The notes beneath the pieces were generated by a model, which was not told where the DNA came from, did no database searches, and saw nothing but the letters and a program-made list of their open reading frames with translations. Position numbers and translations under genes: made by a program. This document shows, piece after piece, positions 9,202 to 19,020 of a DNA stretch of 64,000 nucleotides (its first letter is position 1; every line of letters begins with the position of its first letter). The DNA lies in contig JALSOH010000004.1 in assembly GCA_026986575.1 (NCBI GenBank), positions 1 to 64,000 of the forward strand, given 5' to 3'. Origin of the DNA: Thermoproteota archaeon. Its GTDB lineage: Archaea; Korarchaeota; Korarchaeia; Korarchaeales; Korarchaeaceae.

Positions 9202-9912
9202 GTGGATGTGAAGGAGGAAAAGAGAAGGATCAGAGAGATGGTCTGGAAGAGGCTGGAGGAGGGAGGGGTGGCTCTCTTTCCGAAGCCCATACGGGGGCGT
9301 ATTCCCAACTTCAAAGGGGCGGAGAGGGCCGCCATCAACCTCACCCTCCAGCCCGAATGGAGGTCCGCTGAGGTCGTGTTCGTCAATCCGGACTCTCCTC
9401 AGAAGTTCGTGAGGATGCTGGGCCTCATGCAGGGGAAACTCGTGATAATGGCGACCCCTAGGCTGAGGGAGGGTTTCCTTATTCTTGATCCCAGGGAGAT
9501 AGTTCCGGCGAATTATGAGCGAGCGGCCACAATCAGGGGCGCCTTCAAGTACGGGAGGAAGGTGGGCCTCGACCTGCCTCGCATCGACATGAAGGTCACA
9601 GGATCAGTAGCCGTTGACCTGAAGGGAGGCAGGCTGGGTAAGGGACACGGATTCTCCGACATCGAGTATGGCATCTTGGGGGAGATCGGTGCCATAGCGG
9701 AGGATACGCCGGTGGCGACCACGGTGCACGAGCTTCAGATAGTCGAGAGGGTTCCGAGGGAGGAGCACGATATGCCAGTGTATCTGATAGCCACGCCGGA
9801 GAGGGTTGTGAGGACCGGTACTAGGGGAAAGCCCCGCATACTATGGGACGAGCTGGACGAACGTTTGTTATCCGAGATACCTCTGCTGATCCTCCTCAGG
9901 GAGAGGGGCTGA
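9202..9912 (+). CDS. 5-formyltetrahydrofolate cyclo-ligase family protein (archaeal COG0212 type)
   Basis: GRIPNFKGA, NPDSPQ, GSVAV, RLGKGHGFSDIEY, TTVHELQ. Confidence 0.88.
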   Translation: MDVKEEKRRIREMVWKRLEEGGVALFPKPIRGRIPNFKGAERAAINLTLQPEWRSAEVVFVNPDSPQKFVRMLGLMQGKLVIMATPRLREGFLILDPREIVPANYERAATIRGAFKYGRKVGLDLPRIDMKVTGSVAVDLKGGRLGKGHGFSDIEYGILGEIGAIAEDTPVATTVHELQIVERVPREEHDMPVYLIATPERVVRTGTRGKPRILWDELDERLLSEIPLLILLRERG

Positions 9913-10402
9913 AGACCTTGCTCATGGGGAAGAGGCCCTCGTGCGGGCTCTTGAGGACCATGAGGGTATGGGTTCTCTCCACATCCGGATGCCTCGCCAG
10001 CTCATTAACGAGGAACCTCGTCAATTCGTCCATGTTGCGGGCCCTCACCTTGAGCAAGATGTCATAATCGCCTGTGATTATGTGAGCCTCTTCTATCCAA
10101 GGGAGGTCGGGCCTCGATTCGGATTCGGCTGCTATGTTCTCTATGAAGATTTCCTGATTGGATTTATCGCCCACCGGCTTTCCCCTCCTTATCTGAACTA
10201 GGACGAAGGCAGTTAGCTGATATCCAAGCTTCTTGTAGTTGATTATCGCTGTGAATCCCTTCACATACCCTGATTCGACCAGCTTCTTGAATCTGGAGGT
10301 CAAGGTGGTCCTAGGAGCCTTCACCCTTTTCGCAAGCTCGGTCAGGGTAATCCTCCCATTCCTTATAATCTCGTCAAGTATGCGGGCATCCAGTTCGTCC
10401 AT
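9896..10402 (-). CDS. Lrp/AsnC family regulator
   Basis: MDELDARIL HTH; ITGDYDILLKV effector domain. Confidence 0.92.
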   Translation of the reverse strand: MDELDARILDEIIRNGRITLTELAKRVKAPRTTLTSRFKKLVESGYVKGFTAIINYKKLGYQLTAFVLVQIRRGKPVGDKSNQEIFIENIAAESESRPDLPWIEEAHIITGDYDILLKVRARNMDELTRFLVNELARHPDVERTHTLMVLKSPHEGLFPMSKVFSPSP

Positions 10403-10439
10403 CGAGTTTTATGACGGCTGTGAAATTAAAATTTGGTCC

Positions 10440-12536
10440 TCAAGAGAAGCCCATCAAAATGCCAACCCAGTACGCTGTGCCGGCCAGCAGGAGCGCCAGC
10501 GCTATCTCGATTGCCACCGTTAACAAGACGTATTTCCCTATTCTCAGCTCGGAAAAGAGTGCTGCTACAGTTGCGAGGCAGGGTACATAGTAGTTCATCG
10601 CTAGGGCCATGGAAACCGCTTTCAGAGGGGTTATACCCATAGACCTTAGGGCTTCCACAGGATCAGCTGCTCCTGTTATACTGGAGAAGGTTATAAGGAG
10701 CCCTTCCTTCGCCACAAATCCTACCTCAAAGGCTAGAGCGTACTTCCAATCGGGCAACCCTATAAGGGAGGTCACCGGGGTCAGCAGGTTACCTAGGATA
10801 GCCGCGTAACTCTTGGATATGTCTCCCTGTGACAGATAGCCAGTAGGTCCGAAATTCAGTAGGAACCACGTGACTACTCCAAGGACGAATATGAGCAATC
10901 CCGCCTTCTTCACGAAGTGCTCCGTGTTGCTCCTAGCATACCACCATATGACCCTGAGGCTGGGCCGGTGGTACGGTGGGAGCTCCATGACCAAGTCGGG
11001 GGCATACTCCACCTTGAACAAGAACTTGTTCAGGAGCTTCGATGTCAGTAGGTATAGAACGAAACTCAAGAGATACACGGAGACGGTCAGAGCCGACTGC
11101 TCCAAGGGGTTCGTGAACGCAGCGGAAGCGAGTGCCAGCAGCACGAGGAGGCGGGCCTGGCAGGGGATTAGGGGTGAGGCCATGGATGTGACCATCCTCT
11201 CCCGGTCATCGTCCATAGCCCGGGTGGACACCACTGCCGCCACGCTGCATCCCATGCCTAAGGCTGCTGGGAAGAAGGCCCTACCGCTCAGTCCGAATCT
11301 CCTGAATAGGTTATCGAGGGACACAGCTGCCCTAGGGAAGAGTCCACTGTCCTGCATGGCACCAAGAAACACATAGGCCATGAGGAGGAGGGGGATGAAG
11401 GACGCGAGCGTGCCGATGCTTCCTATTATGCCGTCTGAGATGAGGCCCACCAGCCAGTCAGCATACCCCATAGGGGTCAGCCAATCCGAGATTGCGGAGG
11501 ACAGCCAGTCGAAGAAAGAGCCCAATATACCGGATAAGCTGTACTCCTCTATTAGAGCGGCCAGTTCAGTATATCCCATGTGGTCGAAGAGTATGTTGAG
11601 CGGGAAACCGGTATTGACCGCGAATATCAGGAAGAATGTGAACAGGATCAGGAGGACGGACGATATGGGGCCTGTCACTGGGTGGAGCATCAGCTGATCC
11701 AGTTTCTCGGTGAGGGTGGGGGCAGCTAGCCTCACCCTAGTCACGGTGGAGCTGACAATCTCGTCTATCAGCGAATAACGGGAACTTATGGCTATCCTCT
11801 CCGGATCCTCTCCCAGCTCAATCCTAGCCCGTTCCCTGATGGAGCGCACTTTACCAGCCAGTTCAGGATCCTCCTTACTTAGCTCATCTAGAAGGACTTC
11901 GTCTCCCTCTAGGAGGCGAACAGCAGCCCAACGACACGGATATTTCTTAAGAATACCTCTCTCCCTGAGTAACCTTTCCACCTCATGGATGAAGGGTTCC
12001 AGTCCGTTGTAATCGACCTTAAGAGGTAGGATCCTCATCCTTCCTTGGGCTACATCCAGTATCCTGTCCAAGAGAACGCCCAAGCCGATACCTTTCAGGG
12101 CGGAAACCGGGACGACCGGGACTCCCAGCTTGGATTCCAGTCCCTCTATATCTATATGTATCCCTCTCTTCTCAGCGGCATCCATCATGTTCAACGCTAT
12201 CACAGCCTTCTGGTAGAGCTCAAGGGCCATCACCGCGAAGTACAGGGACTTCTCTAAGGAAGTGGCATCCACAACTATGACGATGACATCCGGCTTCTCC
12301 TCGACTATGAATTCCCTTGCTATCCTCTCCCCTATATCCTGGGCCGAGAGGCTGTACGTTCCCGGGAGGTCAACTATCCTCAGGACCACTCCGTGGTGTT
12401 CCGTCCTACCCTCCGCCCTCTGGAGAGTTACTCCCGGCCAATTAGCGACATGGACATCGCCTCCCGTTATCCTGTTGAAGAGGGTACTCTTACCCACGTT
12501 TGGAGATCCCGCCAGCGCTACCAGCACCTCGCTCAC
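10440..12536 (-). CDS. feoB: Ferrous iron transporter FeoB
   Basis: GSPNVGKS, NWPGVT, DLPGTYSL, NMMD; gate domains GCSVAA and MELPPY. Confidence 0.96.
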   Translation of the reverse strand: MSEVLVALAGSPNVGKSTLFNRITGGDVHVANWPGVTLQRAEGRTEHHGVVLRIVDLPGTYSLSAQDIGERIAREFIVEEKPDVIVIVVDATSLEKSLYFAVMALELYQKAVIALNMMDAAEKRGIHIDIEGLESKLGVPVVPVSALKGIGLGVLLDRILDVAQGRMRILPLKVDYNGLEPFIHEVERLLRERGILKKYPCRWAAVRLLEGDEVLLDELSKEDPELAGKVRSIRERARIELGEDPERIAISSRYSLIDEIVSSTVTRVRLAAPTLTEKLDQLMLHPVTGPISSVLLILFTFFLIFAVNTGFPLNILFDHMGYTELAALIEEYSLSGILGSFFDWLSSAISDWLTPMGYADWLVGLISDGIIGSIGTLASFIPLLLMAYVFLGAMQDSGLFPRAAVSLDNLFRRFGLSGRAFFPAALGMGCSVAAVVSTRAMDDDRERMVTSMASPLIPCQARLLVLLALASAAFTNPLEQSALTVSVYLLSFVLYLLTSKLLNKFLFKVEYAPDLVMELPPYHRPSLRVIWWYARSNTEHFVKKAGLLIFVLGVVTWFLLNFGPTGYLSQGDISKSYAAILGNLLTPVTSLIGLPDWKYALAFEVGFVAKEGLLITFSSITGAADPVEALRSMGITPLKAVSMALAMNYYVPCLATVAALFSELRIGKYVLLTVAIEIALALLLAGTAYWVGILMGFS

Positions 12537-12769
12537 GGGATCACCTCCACCCAGACGCGGGAGGCGACATTCCTCCCCAAGGCCAAGGTCATCCCCCTGA
12601 CCCTGAGGACGACGGGTCCTAGTGAGTTCGAGATAACCTCCACCACTTCCCCGGGGAGGAGGCCCAGCTCCATCAACCTCCTAGCCTTCCCTCTGCCCAC
12701 ATTCATCGTTATAATGCGACCTCTCTGACCTGGTCTCAAAGCGATGAGAGGTAGTAGGTTTCCATCCAT
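12533..12769 (-). CDS. feoA: FeoA
   Basis: RRLMELGLLPG...GP...LALGR; ATG after GGAGGAGG; overlaps the feoB start. Confidence 0.93.
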   Translation of the reverse strand: MDGNLLPLIALRPGQRGRIITMNVGRGKARRLMELGLLPGEVVEVISNSLGPVVLRVRGMTLALGRNVASRVWVEVIP

Positions 12770-12790
12770 TGCCTCCTCCCCTCCGAGCAC

Positions 12791-12810
12791 AAGTTAGGCT
12801 AACCTAACTT
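12791..12810. promoter_or_regulatory. DtxR/IdeR/MntR-type metal operator upstream of feoAB
   Basis: Palindrome AAGTTAGGCTAACCTAACTT containing GTTAGGCTAACCTAA of the DtxR consensus. BRE/TATA (CGAAATTTTAAA) at about 12828-12839 on the minus strand. Confidence 0.8.
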
Positions 12811-12828
12811 CTAGGGGAGTTCATTGCT

Positions 12829-14670
12829 TTAAAATTTCGCGCCCTTCCTACGCCGAGAAGAGACAGGTAATCCCCTCCTCCTCATCCTAGATAGCCTCTC
12901 CTCGATTGTTCCCTTAGTAACTATCTCGTAAACATCTGCTACCTTCCCAGGAGCTCCTCTCACAACCCTTCCGACTCTCTGAGCCATTTGTCTCCTAGAA
13001 CCAGAACCGCTGACTATGATTGCCACATCGGCGTCAGGCACATCGATGCCCTCATCCAGTACGCGGGTTGTCACTATTATGTTCACATCACCCCTCCTGA
13101 ACCTGTCGAATATCTCGGCCCTGTTAGTCGTCTTGCCTATCAGAAGCTCGACCCTGTAACCTAGCTCCTTGGCTCTCCTGTATATCTCCTCGGCCTGATC
13201 TATGTACTCGGTGAATATGAGTATCTTCCTCCCCTCAAGGTCTCTCAGCAGATCCAGCACCTTCCCTATCTTAGCTCTCGCTTTGAGAGCGTACTTCTTC
13301 TCGATCATCCTCCTCTCCTCCTCGCTTCTGGCCGTCAGTATCTCCCTCGACATCCGTCTCCTCTCTTCGGGGGAGAGCTCCACATATATCACGTGGTGTC
13401 TCACCGGAGCTAGGAATCCCATGGAGAGGAGCTGCTCGTAGTCTACCTTGTAAACGACCTCCCCGGATGTGAGGAATATGAGGTGATGGTTCCCGTCCGC
13501 CCTCTCCGGGGTGGCGGACAAACCCAGCCTGTACTTGGCTTTAGCCTTGAAAGCTATCTCCTTGAACGTGGCAGCCGGTACATGGTGGACCTCATCGAAG
13601 ATGATCAGACTGAACTTGTCGAATATCCCCTCTATGTGCTTGGCCACGGAGTTGTAGATTCCCACCGTGATCGGCCTTACCTCCTTCTTCCTCCCCGTGA
13701 AGATCCCTGGCTTGAAGGAGAGTTTCTCGCTTATCAGTTCGAACCACTGCTTCGCGAGCTCTTCGGTCACCACGCAGATCAAGGTGCTTTTCGAGGTCCT
13801 GAAGATCGCTTCTAGGCCCACATAAGTCTTGCCAGCTCCAGTAGGCATGACCACGGTGCCGAACCTCCCGTTCCTCTCCCAGCTGTCGACAGCCCGCTTC
13901 TGGAAGTCGTAGAGGGAGAAGTCCTTGTAGAGGGCCACATCCTGATCGGGCCAGTTCACCTCATCTGAGACTGAGTAGTTGTACCTCTTGGCTATGTCCT
14001 GAACTCTGTGATGCATGAAAAAGGGCCCTTCGAACGTAGTGTAGCTCTTCCTCTTCAACACGGTGAGCTCCTTTACTTGAACGTCTTTTAGGGTCCTCAC
14101 GTAGTATTTCACCTTGGAGGCGAGTTCCAAGCTGCTTATGATACCTTCTTCAGGGTATGGTATCTCTATGACCATCTTCCTGCCTGCATCCCTAAGGATC
14201 ACCACTCTCTTGGATGAGAATAGAGATTCCAGCTTCTTCAGATGCTCTTCCAAGTAATAGCCATTTATGGAGCCTAGGACGATGTCGTATGCCTTGAGGG
14301 GTCCCTCCCTAGATATGATCCTCTCCACCTCTCTCAGGTCAAGTAGAGCCAGCCCTCCCTCCATTCTGAAAGGTCTTCTGACCTCTCCGCATGGGAGAAA
14401 TGCGAAATAGCCCTTATCCATCATCTCTCCCAGCTTCACATCCACCTCAGCCTTGAACTCCTCCAGTTCTCTCCTAATTTCTTCATCCGGCACGTGAAAG
14501 AACTCTACTAGGACATCCCAATTAGAGCACAGGGCTTTCCTCGGATCGAATATCCAAGTCTTGGCCGAGGGATCGAAGCGACATACGGACTTGACCTTCT
14601 CCTTCACCTCGTTGAAGAGGTGATCGGGAACTGATCTTTCGTATATCTTACCGCCTACCTTGACCCTCAC
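12829..14670 (-). CDS. XPB/Rad25-like SF2 helicase
   Basis: MPTGAGKT, DEVHH, GLSATPER, VLDEGIDVPD, QRVGRVVR. Confidence 0.88.
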   Translation of the reverse strand: MRVKVGGKIYERSVPDHLFNEVKEKVKSVCRFDPSAKTWIFDPRKALCSNWDVLVEFFHVPDEEIRRELEEFKAEVDVKLGEMMDKGYFAFLPCGEVRRPFRMEGGLALLDLREVERIISREGPLKAYDIVLGSINGYYLEEHLKKLESLFSSKRVVILRDAGRKMVIEIPYPEEGIISSLELASKVKYYVRTLKDVQVKELTVLKRKSYTTFEGPFFMHHRVQDIAKRYNYSVSDEVNWPDQDVALYKDFSLYDFQKRAVDSWERNGRFGTVVMPTGAGKTYVGLEAIFRTSKSTLICVVTEELAKQWFELISEKLSFKPGIFTGRKKEVRPITVGIYNSVAKHIEGIFDKFSLIIFDEVHHVPAATFKEIAFKAKAKYRLGLSATPERADGNHHLIFLTSGEVVYKVDYEQLLSMGFLAPVRHHVIYVELSPEERRRMSREILTARSEEERRMIEKKYALKARAKIGKVLDLLRDLEGRKILIFTEYIDQAEEIYRRAKELGYRVELLIGKTTNRAEIFDRFRRGDVNIIVTTRVLDEGIDVPDADVAIIVSGSGSRRQMAQRVGRVVRGAPGKVADVYEIVTKGTIEERLSRMRRRGLPVSSRRRKGAKF

Positions 14671-14676
14671 TCCTAT

Positions 14677-16245
14677 CTACTCCACTATTCCAGTTATCTT
14701 ACCCAAGCCCTTGGTTCTGCCCTCCCTGAAGACGAATGTATCACCTACCCTCACGTACTCAGGCCTTCTGATGAACCTGAATACCACTTCAGCCTTGTCT
14801 CCCGTCCGGAGGTAGGGTTTCGGTGAATCTATGAGCTTCACGGGCTGTTTTATCGTCCTGAGCTGGATAACCGGCTCATAACCGACTCTGATTGTCGTGG
14901 GATGATGGAGCACCCTTATGTTCGCCCTGAAGGTTCTCACGGCCCTAGGCTTCGCATCCACGTCTAGGAGGACCATCCCCTTCCTGACCTCATCGTAATC
15001 CACGTTGGTAACTGCGAATGTGGCGAACTGGCCCGCGGAGACTCTCTCCACCGAGATCCTGCTCACATGGATAGACTTCACCCTGACGGTTCTGAACGAG
15101 CCGTCGTCGAACGGTCCTAGGAGGGCTCTCTGGCCCACGGAGATAGCACCTGACTCCACTAGCCCGGATACGATCAGTCCCACTCCAGTAACGTTAAACT
15201 TGTCGTCTACGTAGGTGAGGAACGGTTCTCTCTCCTTATCGCTCCAGTTCAGCCTAGGGGGAAGTAGGTTGAGGAACTTCTTGAGTAGATCAAGCCCCTC
15301 ACCTGTGACGTTTGATACGAGGAATATGGGAGTGATCCTTCCGTGAGGCATGTTCCTAGCAGCCACGGCACAGTCATTCTGGTTTTTTACCGGATATGGG
15401 ATTCTATTAACCCCTGGCAGCTTGAGGTACTCGGTGACCTTCCTTATGTTGGAGGAGAGCACCTCTCTAGGTGTCATATCCACTTTCGTGATCACCACGA
15501 AGGATGGGATCTTGAGGGCCACCGAAATGCCCAAGTGCTCCTTGAAGCTACCTATGGGTCCAGCGTTCCCCGCTACGACTATGGCCGTGTAATCCGGCAT
15601 AGAACCCAGCACACCCTTCAGAGTGGTCTTGAGGTACTTCTCGTGGCCGGCCAAGTCCACCAGCGTTATCACCTTGGAGGACCTGAGGTATATCTCGGAC
15701 TCGTTGTATCCCTCCAGCTCATCGTTTACCGATCTTCCCCTGTTATCGAATCCCAAGATGTGATAGGTGACCGAGGAGGATCTCCTGTACTTAAGCTCGT
15801 GGAGATACCTAGCGACCTGGCTCATGGCCAGCCCATCTCCGTCGTCGAGTATGCCGGAGACGAGGACTCCCTTCAGAGTAGACTTGCCAGCATCCACGTT
15901 GCCCAAGAGGGCGATCGATATCTGGATCGGAGGTACATCGACAGTCTTCCTTATCAAGAGCTCATACACGTATCCTCTGGAAGCCTTCTCTCTCCTCACC
16001 ACCATGTACTTTGCTCCCAGACTCTCTACAATCCTGTCCATGACCTCGAATGTCCTCCTAGCCTCGTCCTCGGTCAGTCCCACAGGGAGCCCGTCGTCCG
16101 ATATCCCGAGCTCGTAGAAGGCCTCCCCTCCGCCCTCGTTTAGCCTGTAATTCAGCTGAGTTACGAGTTTGGCGATCCGCTCTTCCGACTGAGGATCGAG
16201 CTTTAGCTTGTACTCTTGATTTCCCTCTTCTCTCTCGGGCCCCAA
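14677..16245 (-). CDS. GTPBP1/GTPBP2-like translational GTPase
   Basis: EGNQEYK N-domain, GNVDAGKST, DLAGHEKYLKTT, TKVD, VLHHPTTI, FREGRTKGLG. Confidence 0.9.
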   Translation of the reverse strand: MGPEREEGNQEYKLKLDPQSEERIAKLVTQLNYRLNEGGGEAFYELGISDDGLPVGLTEDEARRTFEVMDRIVESLGAKYMVVRREKASRGYVYELLIRKTVDVPPIQISIALLGNVDAGKSTLKGVLVSGILDDGDGLAMSQVARYLHELKYRRSSSVTYHILGFDNRGRSVNDELEGYNESEIYLRSSKVITLVDLAGHEKYLKTTLKGVLGSMPDYTAIVVAGNAGPIGSFKEHLGISVALKIPSFVVITKVDMTPREVLSSNIRKVTEYLKLPGVNRIPYPVKNQNDCAVAARNMPHGRITPIFLVSNVTGEGLDLLKKFLNLLPPRLNWSDKEREPFLTYVDDKFNVTGVGLIVSGLVESGAISVGQRALLGPFDDGSFRTVRVKSIHVSRISVERVSAGQFATFAVTNVDYDEVRKGMVLLDVDAKPRAVRTFRANIRVLHHPTTIRVGYEPVIQLRTIKQPVKLIDSPKPYLRTGDKAEVVFRFIRRPEYVRVGDTFVFREGRTKGLGKITGIVE

Positions 16246-16357
16246 CCTAAATACGGACCACCTAGGCAGACGACCAGATCCCCTTAAAATGCTTGACCAG
16301 AGCAGGACGGGGAGGGAGAATTAAAAGCTTTTCCTGCTACCTCCTAAGGGTGGTCCG

Positions 16358-17356
16358 ATGAGGCCCAAGGTTTTCGTGACCCGAGAGATCCCCGAGAGGG
16401 GACTTTCTAAGATAAGGGAACACTACGAGGTTGACCTGTGGACGGATGAGGCCCCTCCGCCCAAGGATGTGATAATAGAGAGGGTGCAGGATGTTGACGC
16501 CTTGGTCTCGCTCCTCACCGATCCCATAGACGCTGAGGTCTTTGACGCCGCCCCGAAGCTCAGGATAGTCTCGCAGTATGCCGTGGGTTATGATAACATA
16601 GATATCGAGGAGGCCACGAAGAGGGGTATATACGTCACCAACACGCCGGGAGTCCTCACGGAGACTGTGGCGGATTTCACGTTTGCACTGATGCTTGCCG
16701 TAGCTAGGAGAGTTGTGGAGGCGGACAAGTACGTAAGAGAGGGTAAATGGAAGGTGGCCTGGCATCCCCTAATGATGCTCGGCTCCGACGTGTATGGAAG
16801 GACGCTGGGCATAGTCGGGATGGGGAGGATAGGCAGCGCGGTAGCTAGAAGAGCTAAGGGCTTCGGGATGAGGATCCTCTACTACGACTCGGTGAGGAGG
16901 GAGGACTTGGAGAAGGAACTAGGGGCCGAGTTCGTGGACTTGGACAGGTTGCTCGAGGAGTCCGATTACGTGAGCCTTCACGTACCCTTGACCCCTGAGA
17001 CCTACCACCTCATCGGTGAGGAGCAGCTGAGGAAGATGAAACCTACTGCTTTCCTGATAAATACCGCGAGAGGTAAGGTGGTAGATCAGAAGGCCCTCTA
17101 TAAAGCTCTTAGAGAGGGATGGATAGCTGGAGCTGGCCTAGATGTCTTCGAGCAGGAACCCATATCACCCGACGATCCCCTCCTGAAGCTGGATAACGTC
17201 GTGCTTGCGCCTCACGCTGCGAGCGCGAGTCATGAGACCAGATCGAGGATGGCCGAAATGGTGGCCGAGAACCTGATAGCCTTCCTCAACGGGAAAGTGC
17301 CGCCGAACTTGGTGAATAAAGGGGTGGTGGATGTCAGGCCTCCTGGCTTCGGCTGA
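16358..17356 (+). CDS. gyaR: Glyoxylate reductase (D-2-hydroxyacid dehydrogenase)
   Basis: [41 protein letters not shown]. Confidence 0.88.
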   Translation: MRPKVFVTREIPERGLSKIREHYEVDLWTDEAPPPKDVIIERVQDVDALVSLLTDPIDAEVFDAAPKLRIVSQYAVGYDNIDIEEATKRGIYVTNTPGVLTETVADFTFALMLAVARRVVEADKYVREGKWKVAWHPLMMLGSDVYGRTLGIVGMGRIGSAVARRAKGFGMRILYYDSVRREDLEKELGAEFVDLDRLLEESDYVSLHVPLTPETYHLIGEEQLRKMKPTAFLINTARGKVVDQKALYKALREGWIAGAGLDVFEQEPISPDDPLLKLDNVVLAPHAASASHETRSRMAEMVAENLIAFLNGKVPPNLVNKGVVDVRPPGFG

Positions 17357-18377
17357 ACAGCCCTCTTATTCCCTCTTCTAAGGGCCTCTCTACGATCCCT
17401 TTTTCCGTGATTATGCCCGTGATGTTGGAGGGGGGCGTCCTGTCGAACGCCGGGTTGATTATGTTGACGCCCTCCGGCGCTATCCTCTTTCCCCCTATGA
17501 AGGCCACCTCTTTGGGGTCCCTCATCTCTATCTTCACGTCCCCCGGTTCCGAATTGAGATCGAAGGTGGAGGTAGGAGCTGCGACATAGAAGGGAACGCC
17601 GTGCTCCTTTGCCAGTATGGAGAGGGAGTATGTGCCTATCTTGTTGTACGTGGTACCGTCCCTCAGTACTCTATCGGCGCCGGTTATCACTAAGTCCACC
17701 CCCAGCTCCGACATGATGTAACCTGCAGCTCCATCCACTATGAGCTTCACCGGAATCCCCGCCCTGCTGAGCTCGAACGCGGTGATTCGAGCTCCTTGAA
17801 GGACCGGTCTAGTCTCCAAGGCAATGACCTCGAACTCTATGCCTTCCTCGTATGCCCTGTACATCGGAGCGGTCGCCGTACCGTACCAGACCGTGGCAAA
17901 GGACCCAGCGTTGCATATGGTCATAACCCTGTATCCGTCCTTGATGAGCCTGTAACCGAACTCCCCTATCCTCCTGTTGCTCTCTACGTCCTCCTCGGCG
18001 ATCCTTCTCGCCTCATCAATGACTTTCTCCCTTATCTCGTCCAGAGATGATCCCTTCGCCGCTTCTAACACCCTGTTTATTGCCCAGAATAGATTGTACG
18101 CAGTGGGCCTGGTGGATCTAAGCAGCTCAGCGGCTTTTCTGAGTTCATTCAGCAGCTCATCCCTCCCTCCCCCAAACTTGGACGCCACGAGCGCCAGGCC
18201 GAGAGCAGCAGTAGCTCCTATGGCTGGAGCTCCCCTCACAACCATGTTCTTTATGGCGAAGGCTACGCACTCAACATCCTCGCATTCGAAGAAAACGAGA
18301 TCTTCGGGGAGCTTCCTCTGATCAACTAGGATCACTTTCCCCCCGTCGAAGTCAACCGTTCTGGGTAGATCTATCAA
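17334..18377 (-). CDS. mtnA: S-methyl-5-thioribose-1-phosphate isomerase (eIF2B-alpha-like family)
   Basis: [46 protein letters not shown]. Confidence 0.85.
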   Translation of the reverse strand: MIDLPRTVDFDGGKVILVDQRKLPEDLVFFECEDVECVAFAIKNMVVRGAPAIGATAALGLALVASKFGGGRDELLNELRKAAELLRSTRPTAYNLFWAINRVLEAAKGSSLDEIREKVIDEARRIAEEDVESNRRIGEFGYRLIKDGYRVMTICNAGSFATVWYGTATAPMYRAYEEGIEFEVIALETRPVLQGARITAFELSRAGIPVKLIVDGAAGYIMSELGVDLVITGADRVLRDGTTYNKIGTYSLSILAKEHGVPFYVAAPTSTFDLNSEPGDVKIEMRDPKEVAFIGGKRIAPEGVNIINPAFDRTPPSNITGIITEKGIVERPLEEGIRGLFSRSQEA

Positions 18378-19020
18378 ACTTCATCCCCGGGGTCCATCCC
18401 CCGGAGGGAAATAACGATTTCGGGAGTATGCCTATTCTCTCCAGCGCGGTCCTAGGGAGGTCCACGATGCAGGAAGCGTGGGAGATGACGCGGGAGTCAC
18501 TGCTCGCTACTACCTCGTGCTCCAGTATATCCGAGTCAACGCTCTTGGATACCACCACCTCGGCATCGCTGAGGATCTCCCTCATCCTGCTGGCGATCCT
18601 TCCGCTCTTGGAGATCGGCGAGTCCAAGTAGATGACAGCCTTTTCCGGTTTAAGCAGCTTTAGCACATCATTTAGGAGGTGAACCGCCTCATCGAACCTG
18701 TCGGATGGCTTATAAGATGAATACGCTAGAGATAGGTCTCTCACCATACCATCGGAGCACACGTAAACCGGTTGACCCGATAAAGCTGCCTCCAGAGTTA
18801 TCAGGACGTTAAAACCGTCGATCCCCAAGTCCCTTCCCGAGACGCACTTGGAGGGTACGATCTTGAGGGAGTTACGGAGGGACTCCTCGGGCGACCTGAC
18901 CAGCTTAGATAAAGCGACTACCTCCATCTTCCTCAGGGAGAACCTCCTTCCTACGATCTCAACCGAGTCTTGGAAGCCCAATGTGAAAAGGAGATGAGTG
19001 AGGGGGGCCAAGCTCTCCAC
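18352..19020 (-). CDS. DUF434 family protein (PIN-like)
   Basis: IDGFNVLITLEAAL...DGMVRDL...LDSPISKSG...ASSD. Its start overlaps the alaS stop. Confidence 0.8.
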   Translation of the reverse strand: MESLAPLTHLLFTLGFQDSVEIVGRRFSLRKMEVVALSKLVRSPEESLRNSLKIVPSKCVSGRDLGIDGFNVLITLEAALSGQPVYVCSDGMVRDLSLAYSSYKPSDRFDEAVHLLNDVLKLLKPEKAVIYLDSPISKSGRIASRMREILSDAEVVVSKSVDSDILEHEVVASSDSRVISHASCIVDLPRTALERIGILPKSLFPSGGWTPGMKFDRSTQNG

